This document shows positions 10,601 through 19,626 of a stretch of 64,000 bases of DNA, piece after piece. A model generated the notes under the pieces. That model did not search any database and was not told the DNA's origin. It worked only from the letters and a program-made list of their open reading frames with translations. Source of the stretch: Saprospirales bacterium (GTDB lineage: Bacteria; Bacteroidota; Bacteroidia; Chitinophagales; JADIYW01); the NCBI GenBank assembly GCA_016711605.1, contig JADJSS010000044.1, positions 158,884-222,883 of the forward strand, written 5' to 3'. Positions within the stretch are counted from its first letter, which is position 1. Every line of letters begins with the position of its first letter. A program made the position numbers and the translations under genes.

Positions 10601-12196
10601 TGCGTTTAGTGTCACTGATGAACCTTGACAAATACTGGTGTCTTTGCCTATGTTTACAAATATTCCGGTAGGTGAAACAAAAGAAACCGTATCTTTTTTG
10701 GTGCCGCATCTTCCAATTGCTGTAACAATATATTGTCCTGCTTGATTTGCATTAGAAAACTTAATAGATACATTTGGTCGTGTAGATGTAAAACCATTTG
10801 GACCTATCCAACTATAGGTTGCTGTTGCATCTATATTTGCTACACTTAACCGAATTGAATCGGTTGAACAAGTGATTGTGTTTATACGTGCATCTGGTTT
10901 TTTGATAGAATCTACAACGACAATTTCTTTACAAAAACGAGCTTCTGTTGCTAAATTCTCATTTACAACTAAAGAAACATTATACGTTCCAACACTGTCG
11001 ATATGAAAAACTGGTGGGTTTGTTAGTGTTGATGAAGCTACTCCAAACGAAGCACAATTATTTGATAATTTTAATCGTGAAATTGTATTTGAAATTTGAT
11101 TTGTAACAAATACATACTTCTCATTATTAAAGATAATTGGTTCAGAAAATGCTGATGGGAAATTAAAAGTTGCTATATTTCCAATATCACGACCTGTAAT
11201 TGAAGTACTATAAATATCATTTGGAAAAGAATATTCAATAATTTTATTTGCACCTGGAGCTAATACATACCCTTTTAGATTATCACAGTCAACAAAAGGC
11301 AAAAAATCATAAGCTCTATTCAATAAAGAATTAGGATTACCATAATTAGTATAGGTTGGTGTATTTAATAATGAGGTACCAAAATTTAATGAGCCAATAG
11401 AACAATTTGCAGGTGTAACATCATCTTTAGGAAAGTATAAAAACCAATTATTTTTTCTGTATAATAAACTAATTTGTATACTTGGTTTTGCAACTCCAAA
11501 TACACCTAAATTTACAGCTGTTGGTGTATTCGTAATCGTATTTCCAAAATTAATTCTAAATAATTTTCCTGAAATTGAACTTATAAACCCAATATAACCA
11601 TCCGAAGTCCTTCTAATTTCAACATCTGATATATATTCATTAATTACGCCACCTAAATCGCCAAAATTAGTAATTGTTGGACTATTGGACAATGAATTAC
11701 CAAAATCTAAACGAACTAATACATAATCATTTGCAGCGTTCCAATTATCTGCTACAATTATTGCATACCAGTTTCCATTTTCATTAAAAAATTGCATGCC
11801 TTTTGGTCCATCTAATTGACCAGAGAATGTACTAAATACTGTAGATGTTGGTGTATTTAAAATCGAATTTCCAAAATTTAATCTAACAAGTCCTGCGCCA
11901 CCATTCTGCTCATTTCCAACAAATCCGTAATAACTAGTTCCATCTTTATATATTTGTATATAACCAGGTCTTTGACTTACACCTAAATTTCCTATATTAA
12001 TACCGCTAATATTAGAAGTTGGTGATTGTTTACAAAAATTCCACAAATTTGTACTTTGTCCTGTAGAAGTATTATTTATAGTAATATTTTGACCACGACA
12101 AACCGTATCTGGTGCATTGAAGCTAGCCGTTTGGGCATTGACTTTAATTGAAAAAAGCAAACAACTAAATACTAGTAATAAAATACGAAAACGCAT
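7681..12196 (-). pseudogene. Large T9SS-secreted repeat adhesin (signal peptide, propeller-like region, Ig-like repeat array, type B sorting domain) with at least 5 frame breaks
   Basis: Signal peptide is 'MRFRILLLVFSCLLFSIKVNAQ'. Blades carry '(L/I)(N/D)FGN(S/T)(I/L)xN(T/S)PT'. A 139-aa repeat array follows. The C-terminus reads 'VPTAFSPNNDGVNDYFKIFGKN...ISWDGSYKGEVVQLDSYAWVIEYKIILGGKQQNKIKKGTVTVLR', which is a gliding-motility/T9SS type B CTD. ORF pieces 10505..12196, 8687..10369 and 7818..8750 plus the tail join after 1-nt changes near 10548, 10505, 10354, 8744 and 7869-7871. These sites were found by aligning repeat units to each other. Confidence 0.75.
7990..10700 (-). repeat. Tandem array of about 6.5 copies of a 417-bp (139-aa) unit inside the adhesin gene
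   Basis: The landmark 'ccaatgctaaatgctgttggtgg' recurs at 8350, 8766, 9183, 9600 and 10017, and as a variant (ccaatactaaatgc...) at 10433. Spacing is 417 bp, or 416 where a base is missing. Units are near-identical at the DNA level. Each unit consists of two ~70-aa Ig-like halves. Confidence 0.9.
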
Positions 12197-12255
12197 ATTA
12201 GAATTTTAATAACAAAGATAGGAATAATTGTAAAAAGAATTAAATAATAACAATA

Positions 12256-13062
12256 TTAATTTAATAACTTTCTGAAGATTTTTTTATAATATAATTTAAT
12301 TATTGAAAATAGTTGTTTTTTGATAACAAACGCTTTTCCTTTATGCTTTATAATAAATTCATTTTTTACCCAAAACTGATCACCTGAAGTATCATAAACA
12401 GTATCTTCAATTTTAACAAACCCGTTTTTTTGCATAAAAGATTCAATGTCATTTTTTAACGGTTGTCCTTTGTACAATTCAACAGCTTCTACTTCTAACC
12501 AAATTGCATTTATCTGTTTTATAAAATCCTGCGCACCTTGCAACACCATCAACTCTGCACCTTGTACATCCATGTGAACAAAATCTATTTGTGCAATACT
12601 TTTATCTACACAGAATTTCTTTAATGTAGAAGTAGGTACTTTTATCGCTTGTTCAAATTTTAGCCAATTGTGTACATCTGTTGTTTTTTCTGAAGGTGGT
12701 AGAATAGAACTGCTCTTATTGCCATAATTCCAATCATCTTCATTTGCATTTTCTGGCTTTCCTGAAGATACATAAAATGTTGTTTCACCAATCTCATTTG
12801 ATAAACACAATGGAATTGGTTGAATGTTTTTTACTTGATATTTTTTTACATTCTCTTGAACCAAACTAAAATTGGATGGCAATGGTTCGAATGTATAAAT
12901 AGTAGCATTTGGAAATAATCGTGCATATCGAATCGAACTTTCACCTTCACATGCTCCAATATCAAATATTGTAACGGAATCATTTTTTTTGAAAATGGAT
13001 TTCAAAATTTTTTCTTGCGTTTGTAAAACGGAAGAATCTATATAATTCTCTCTTAAACTCAT
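12256..13062 (-). CDS. FkbM-family methyltransferase
   Basis: 268 aa with 'TIFDIGACEGESS...IYTFEP...FVHMDVQGAELMVLQGA'. Confidence 0.75.
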   Translation of the reverse strand: MSLRENYIDSSVLQTQEKILKSIFKKNDSVTIFDIGACEGESSIRYARLFPNATIYTFEPLPSNFSLVQENVKKYQVKNIQPIPLCLSNEIGETTFYVSSGKPENANEDDWNYGNKSSSILPPSEKTTDVHNWLKFEQAIKVPTSTLKKFCVDKSIAQIDFVHMDVQGAELMVLQGAQDFIKQINAIWLEVEAVELYKGQPLKNDIESFMQKNGFVKIEDTVYDTSGDQFWVKNEFIIKHKGKAFVIKKQLFSIIKLYYKKIFRKLLN

Positions 13063-13063
13063 T

Positions 13064-13942
13064 CTATTTTAAAATCCAATTTTTAGGCGCCAGCTCAATT
13101 TTTTCAGTTTGCAACATATTTGTCCATTGCTTCGGAACAAATATGGATTTATTTTCATTTTTATTTAACCAAGCTGCCCACCAACTAAAGGTACTATTGG
13201 CAATGATATTATGATTGCATAAACTCATTAGATAAAAATCTTCAATTGGTTTTTTGTCTGAGACTAACGTACAATCAATTTCCCAATTCATTTCGTTTCT
13301 AACCCAATTTGCATCGTCTGTAAAAATAAAAAAATGAATATTTTCAGTACCTAATTTTTCTTTTATCAACTTTATTGATTTCACATAGTAATCTTTTGAA
13401 CAAATACCATGCACATCCATTGATGTTAAATTGTGTATATAATCGCCACGACGAATATGTATGGAAACTGAATTTTCTGAATTATTAATTTTATTTACTA
13501 ATTCTAAATCAATTGGCAAATATTGTTCGTTAATAATTAATTCTTCACGAATTATATTTTTTATTTCTGAAAAATATTTTTCAGATTGAAAAAAACCACG
13601 AACATAATAATTGCCTTTTAAATTCAGAAAATTAGAGTCGAAACCGTAGCCGTTAAATTTGTACTTTTTAAATTTTCCAAATGAAAGTAATTTGGTTAAA
13701 ACTAATTCTGTAGAATTAAATTCACTGCCATGAAAATGATGCAACATTTCGTCTGTTGCTAAATTGTAATTTATATTAAAAACATCTAGCTCAAACTTGC
13801 GCGGTGTTGTTGTATCTGAAGTAGTAGTAAAAAAACTGGTATCAAAATACAATTCTGAGTTATTAATAACACTCAACTGTTTTGCGGCTGCATATTGGAA
13901 CAATTGGTTGCCTAAGCCACCCATTAAACGTACTACTATCAT
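13064..13942 (-). CDS. alpha-1,2-fucosyltransferase (GT11), second copy
   Basis: 292 aa with 'GGLGNQLFQYAAA', 'HIRRGDY' and 'STFSWWAAWLN'. It is clearly diverged from the 2543..3430 copy. Confidence 0.85.
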   Translation of the reverse strand: MIVVRLMGGLGNQLFQYAAAKQLSVINNSELYFDTSFFTTTSDTTTPRKFELDVFNINYNLATDEMLHHFHGSEFNSTELVLTKLLSFGKFKKYKFNGYGFDSNFLNLKGNYYVRGFFQSEKYFSEIKNIIREELIINEQYLPIDLELVNKINNSENSVSIHIRRGDYIHNLTSMDVHGICSKDYYVKSIKLIKEKLGTENIHFFIFTDDANWVRNEMNWEIDCTLVSDKKPIEDFYLMSLCNHNIIANSTFSWWAAWLNKNENKSIFVPKQWTNMLQTEKIELAPKNWILK

Positions 13943-14001
13943 TTTAGTGCAAAAGTATTAATTTGTTAGTATGAATTTGTATTTTGTTACAAATTTACGA
14001 A

Positions 14002-15780
14002 ATGTTTTTAATTGGAATTGGAAAAGGTGACATCACTGCATTTTTTAAAGGTGTTGGTTTATTAGGTTATGGTTTGCCACAACATTTTATGACTGCCATA
14101 GAAACGCCTTTATACGCACGTGCTTTCATCGTAGAACAGCAAGATAAAAGTAAAAAAGTGTGTTTTGTAAATTGTGAATTGGGTTTTATTACACCTTCCA
14201 TAAAATCAGGCGTAATTAATTATTTACACAAACATCATTCAGAATTAAACTATAATGTCAGCAATTTATTGATTTCTGCACAACATACACATTGTGGACC
14301 GAGCGGATTTTCACATCATATCATATACAACATGTCAACACCAGGTTTTCATCAAGGTGTGTATGATAAAATTGTACATGGAATTGTTGAGTCTATTTTA
14401 GAAGCAGAAAAAAGAAAAGAAAGAGGAAATATACAAATCGGAAAAAGTGCGTTTTCAGATGATATTCCTGTAAGTTTCAATCGAGTAATTGATGCGTATA
14501 ATGCAAATCCAGAAGTAGAAAAGATAACTCATGAAAATCGGCATTTAGCAGTTGACAGATCAATGACTTTATTACATTTTATTTCTGAAAATGGACAAGC
14601 TATTGGCTCAATAAATTGGTTTGCTGTACATACTTCTAATTTGCCAAATAATTATTTAAAACTATGTTCTGATAACAAAGGATTTGCAGCTACTTTTTTA
14701 GAAGATGATTATAAAGATAAAAGTGAGAATTATATAGCAGCATTTGCACAAGGTGCATGCGGTGATGTTTCAGCTCGTGTAAAATACAATAAAAAATTGC
14801 CAGCAACTCGTGGAAAATGGGAAGGTTATTTTTCGGATGATTTAAAGAGTGCGAAATTCAATGGCAATTTGCAGTTTGAAAAAGCAAAAGAAATTATAGA
14901 ATCTTCCTTAGATTCAATCAAAAATGAAGAAATTGATTTTATTTCGATGTATGTTGACTTTGGTAAAATCGATATTGATCCAAAATTTACAAATGGCTTA
15001 GCTGGTTGTGTAACAAGTCCATCTTGTATGGGTGTTACATTTTTAGAAGGTTCGCAAATGGATGGACCTGGTTTGCCTTTATTTTTAGGAAATATAGCCA
15101 AAGGCGTTGCACGTCGTACGCGCAAAAAAGAATTAGAAGATGCAATAAAAATAGGTGGTGCTGTTGCTGAATTTATTCAACGAAAAAATAATGCACAATC
15201 CGTAAAAGATATTGGTGTTGCGAGTGGTGAGCGAAAATTTTTAGGAAATTTTGATGCTGATAAATTGCCATTACCTGCATTTATTGATGAAACAATTTTG
15301 AACATAAAACGTATGGCAAAACAAGGTGGATTTAATTCTGAAAACCCTTGGACACCACAAGTGTTGACCTTACAAATTTTAAAAATCGGTTCTATAGCTA
15401 TTTGCGCATTTTCATTTGAAATCACAACTGTTGCTAGTTGGCGATTAAAAAAAACGCTGGAAGATGCACTTAAACCAAAAGGAATTGAATTTGTGATTTT
15501 GTGTCCTTATGCCAATGAATACAATGGTTACATCACTACAAACGAAGAATATCAATTGCAATTGTATGAAGCTGGGCACAATGTTTTTGGACAATGGAGT
15601 TTGAACGCATTGCAACAAAAATTCACTGAATTAGCAACAGAATTTCTAAAACCAAAACAAGATAGAAATACGGAAACTGGCTTCCATCCTGAAAAATTTA
15701 CAGAAGCAGAAATAAAAAAACAACATTTTATTCCAAGTCGAAGATTTAAAGTAATGGCAAAAAATACAAAACATCATTAG
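14002..15780 (+). CDS. Neutral/alkaline (non-lysosomal) ceramidase family protein
   Basis: ORF 13984..15780; the likely ATG is at 14002. It shows 'IGIGKGDITAF..GYG', 'LYARAF', 'SAQHTHCGPSG' and 'AQGACGDVS', in the order typical of neutral ceramidases. No obvious signal peptide. Confidence 0.65.
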   Translation: MFLIGIGKGDITAFFKGVGLLGYGLPQHFMTAIETPLYARAFIVEQQDKSKKVCFVNCELGFITPSIKSGVINYLHKHHSELNYNVSNLLISAQHTHCGPSGFSHHIIYNMSTPGFHQGVYDKIVHGIVESILEAEKRKERGNIQIGKSAFSDDIPVSFNRVIDAYNANPEVEKITHENRHLAVDRSMTLLHFISENGQAIGSINWFAVHTSNLPNNYLKLCSDNKGFAATFLEDDYKDKSENYIAAFAQGACGDVSARVKYNKKLPATRGKWEGYFSDDLKSAKFNGNLQFEKAKEIIESSLDSIKNEEIDFISMYVDFGKIDIDPKFTNGLAGCVTSPSCMGVTFLEGSQMDGPGLPLFLGNIAKGVARRTRKKELEDAIKIGGAVAEFIQRKNNAQSVKDIGVASGERKFLGNFDADKLPLPAFIDETILNIKRMAKQGGFNSENPWTPQVLTLQILKIGSIAICAFSFEITTVASWRLKKTLEDALKPKGIEFVILCPYANEYNGYITTNEEYQLQLYEAGHNVFGQWSLNALQQKFTELATEFLKPKQDRNTETGFHPEKFTEAEIKKQHFIPSRRFKVMAKNTKHH

Positions 15781-15845
15781 ATACAATTTTATATTTAACA
15801 TAGAATCTATTGATAATTCTATTTTATTTTATTAAATTCGATAAA

Positions 15846-17504
15846 ATGTTCTATTTGAAGTATATTTTTACATTAATACTATCTTTTACATTCCATATAA
15901 TTTTTAGTCAACATAACTTTGAATTATATAATAATGGCGCTCTGCTTCATCTGGCAAGTGGCTCAGATATGTATGTATTAGGCGACATACACATGACTGG
16001 CAGTGCTACAACCAGATTAGAAAACTTTGGATTTATAGAGGTAGAAGGTAATGTTTATGGTAATACTTTATTTCAACAAAGAGGTACTGGTACATTTCGG
16101 CTTTTTAATAGGTTAGTAAATATCGGGCAAGCACAAACCATATATGGAGCGAACAGCTATGCTGTGCGAGGCGGACAAGCAAGCATTGGTGTTGATGACG
16201 GCTCTTTTTATAATCTAGAGTTAGCAAACGACATAGGAACAGTATATCTTTCCGGAGGCGGGAATGTTTGTGATGTGAGAAACGCCGTTAACTTTCAACC
16301 TACAGGAACGCCTACACTCAACAGAATCATTACCGCTGAACCACCACCAACAGCATTGCCAACTAATGGCTCATTATATCCATCCATTTTTGGGATTATG
16401 AATACTTCAACAACATTAACTACTGTGATGCCAAACAATACCATCACTTCCAATGGAAATATGTCCAATATTGATGCAGGTTATGTTCAAGGTAAATTAA
16501 GAAGATCAATTAATGCTGCTGGTGGTAATTATCACTTTGTAGTTGGTTTAGAACCGGCCGGTACAACAGCACAACGTGGAGTGCAACTTATTCGCGCAGA
16601 TTTTGCTGCTAACAATTATGATGTAGTTTCCACATACTTTGAAACGGGAAGTGATAATACAATTCCTGGTACACCAATAGAATGTAGTGGTTATACAATT
16701 GATTATTTCGGTGGCGTTGACCATGGTGAGTGGGTGTTTAATCAATCTGGTGGAAATGGCGGTGTATATAGCATGAACGTATGGCCTCAAGATCATAATT
16801 TTCCATCAAAGATTATATGGATAATCACAAAAGATAATGCTATTTCTGGAACAGTAGATCAATGTGGACCAAGTCCAATTGCCTTAGTACGTGGTGGCTT
16901 TAATGGTTTTTCTGAATTTGGAGTAGCTGGTGCTGATATTGTTCTACCAATTGAATTGCTCAATTTTAATGTATATCCTGTAAATAACGATTTTATACAA
17001 TTACAATGGATTACAGCTTCTGAGAAAAATACTGCACATTTTGGTATAGAGAGAAGTCTAGATGGAATTAACTTTATTGGTATTGACACAGAAAATGCTA
17101 GTGGAAATTCAAATATCCAACAAACTTATTCTTATAACGATTTTAATGTACAAGAAAATACGCTTTATTATTATAGACTAAAATCTGTTGATCTTGATGG
17201 AACATTTAGTTATTCAGATATCCGAACTGCGCAGATAAATTCACGCAATAATGAACCGAGTATAGTTATATATCCAAATCCAATAATCAACAACCAACTT
17301 CAGATTGATTTATATAACTATACTGGCGATGTTATGATAAAATTATATGACATTCTAGGTAAGTTAATAGTTCAAAATAAAATACAAACTGAAAAAACTA
17401 AAACCTCTTATAATATGCCACCAATTAATTTATCAAAAGGTATTTATTTATTGAGTATAGAAAACAATCTGCAAACAAAAACTTATAAAATAATTAATAA
17501 ATAA
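15846..17504 (+). CDS. Secreted protein with a T9SS type A (Por_Secre_tail) C-terminal sorting domain
   Basis: Signal peptide is 'MFYLKYIFTLILSFTFHIIFSQ'. The C-terminus reads 'VIYPNPIINNQLQIDLYNY..IKLYDILGKLIV...LSKGIYLLSIENNLQTKTYKIINK'. Confidence 0.7.
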   Translation: MFYLKYIFTLILSFTFHIIFSQHNFELYNNGALLHLASGSDMYVLGDIHMTGSATTRLENFGFIEVEGNVYGNTLFQQRGTGTFRLFNRLVNIGQAQTIYGANSYAVRGGQASIGVDDGSFYNLELANDIGTVYLSGGGNVCDVRNAVNFQPTGTPTLNRIITAEPPPTALPTNGSLYPSIFGIMNTSTTLTTVMPNNTITSNGNMSNIDAGYVQGKLRRSINAAGGNYHFVVGLEPAGTTAQRGVQLIRADFAANNYDVVSTYFETGSDNTIPGTPIECSGYTIDYFGGVDHGEWVFNQSGGNGGVYSMNVWPQDHNFPSKIIWIITKDNAISGTVDQCGPSPIALVRGGFNGFSEFGVAGADIVLPIELLNFNVYPVNNDFIQLQWITASEKNTAHFGIERSLDGINFIGIDTENASGNSNIQQTYSYNDFNVQENTLYYYRLKSVDLDGTFSYSDIRTAQINSRNNEPSIVIYPNPIINNQLQIDLYNYTGDVMIKLYDILGKLIVQNKIQTEKTKTSYNMPPINLSKGIYLLSIENNLQTKTYKIINK

Positions 17505-17510
17505 TTTATT

Positions 17511-19621
17511 ATGAAAAAAATATACATATTATTAACAATATTTATACTAACTAAGGTATATACAAACGCTCAAAATATTGGCATTGGAACGAGCACACCA
17601 ACATCAAGTGCAAAATTAGATATAACAGATGCTAATCGTGGTTTATTAATACCTAGAGTTTTGCTTACTGCTACAAATATAGCTGCACCCGTAACATTAC
17701 CTGTAAATGGCTTATTAGTATTTAATACTAATACTGCAGGTACAACTCCTAATAATGTAATTCCTGGTTTCTATTATTGGAATGGAACTATCTACATGGG
17801 TTCGTTTACAAGCGAGCAATACAAATGATTGGACTTTATTGGGCAATGCTGGCACATTACCTTCTACCAATTTTTTAGGTACTACAGATGCACAAGATTT
17901 TGTCATAAAAACTGGAGGATCAGCTGCAACAAACGAACGATTACGAGTGATAGGCGCAGGTGCAACTCCAGGACAAGTTGTTATAAACAATACAGGTATT
18001 TTTGCAGGTGATGCATTTTCTGTGTATGCTAATAATTCAAATAATGGTACTACTACATCTATTAATAATTCTATTGGTACTTATGCTGTTAATGGTTATT
18101 CAGCTGGTAGCGGAACAGGTGTGTATGGTGAAGTAAACGGTGGTGCATCAAGTGCAGGAACTGCAATTTGGGGCAATTTATATGGTACCAATACCACAGC
18201 ATCATCTACTACTGAAGCGGTATCTGGAACTAACAATACAGCACCATTAGGCACTGGTGTTACTGCGGCTGTCGCTACTGGTGTACGTGGAGAATCTTCT
18301 GGTGCAGCAGGTACTGCATTTTACCATGGGTGTTTTGGGTGTCAACACAGCAATAGCTGGTGCAGCTTATGGAATGTACGGACAAACTTCCTCACCAGCA
18401 GCACCAGGTGTTTTTGGCGTAAATTTAGATGTATCTGTAGCACCTGCACATGGTATACAAGGGCAAACTGGTGCAAATGGCTCTGCCGCTGGCTTACGTG
18501 GTTTTAATACAGCTGCTGCAATTGGTGCTGCTCAAAATGGTTTTGGAGTTCGTGGTTCAGTAAATGTAGTACCCACTAGTACTGGTTTTGTAATGGGTGT
18601 TCGTGGTGATTGCAATGGTGCTTCAGGTGCTACTTATGGCGTTTATGGACAATCTGCATCTGCTACGGGTTTTGGTGTAGATGGTGTAAATACAAATACA
18701 AATGGAACTGGTTTGTTTGCAATCGGAAACAATGCAGCAGGTACATACTTAGGTTCAGGTTCAGGTGCAGCTATAAACGGTAATGGAATTGGTACATTTA
18801 GTATTGCTAAAACTGCTGCAAGTGGAGTTGGTATAATTGGAGTTGGAAATAATTTAACTGGCTCTATACTATCACCTGCAGTAGGTTGTGGTGTTTCTGG
18901 CGTTGGAACACAATATGGTATATGGGGCATTGCTACTACCACTGTAAATACTACAGGAACTTCTACTTCAACCACCAACGGAGCTGCTGCATCTGCTGGT
19001 GGTTACTTTGAAGTAGATGCTGCTGGTGTGCCTCAAACTTGGGCGTATGTTGGTGTACGTGAAGTAGCTGGTGCTGGTGGTTTACGTAAAATAATTGGAC
19101 CTGGTACAGTTAATACCATTGTAAAAGATTTAATTGGAAATAGAGTAGCTTTATCATGTCCAGAAGCACCAGAAAATTTATTTCAAGATTATGGTCAGGG
19201 ACAATTAATCAATGGCAAGGCACACATTACTATTGATCCAATATTTGCAAAAAACATTGTAGTAAACGAAAAGCATCCTTTAAGAGTTTTTGTTCAATTA
19301 GAAGGCGATTGCAAAGGTGTTTATGTAACTAATAAAACAGGAACTAGTTTTGATGTTATTGAACTTAATGGAGGAAATTCTAATATTCCATTTTCATTTA
19401 GTATTACTGCAAATCGTGCAGATGAACAATTACAAGACGGTTCATGGGCAAAATATTCAGAAGAGCGTTTCGCTCCTGCGCTTGGACCACAAGAAAAAAC
19501 TGTATTACAGGCAAATGAGGACAACCCATTAGTGCGCACTGTTAAAGATGATTTACCAGCTGTTTTAGCTCCAATCAAACAAAAATCAAATCAAAAAATC
19601 AAGAAAAAAGTTGGTTATTAG
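17511..19621 (+). pseudogene. Glycine/alanine/threonine-rich secreted surface protein (beta-helix-like repeats) with two frame breaks
   Basis: ORFs 17511..17828, 17782..18507 and 18257..19621 join near 17795-17805 and at the T4 run 18319-18322. The N-terminus 'MKKIYILLTIFILTKVYTNAQNIGIGTSTPTSSAKLDITDANRGLLIPRV...GFYYWNG' resembles a recurrent Bacteroidota N-terminal module (from memory). The middle consists of 'G.YG/G.RG' repeats. Confidence 0.5.
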
Positions 19622-19626
19622 TATAG

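Noticed and set aside
7990-10700. Regular repeat array considered as a possible CRISPR or other non-coding array
   Set aside because: The period is 417 bp with no unique spacers and an open protein-coding frame throughout. No cas genes are nearby.
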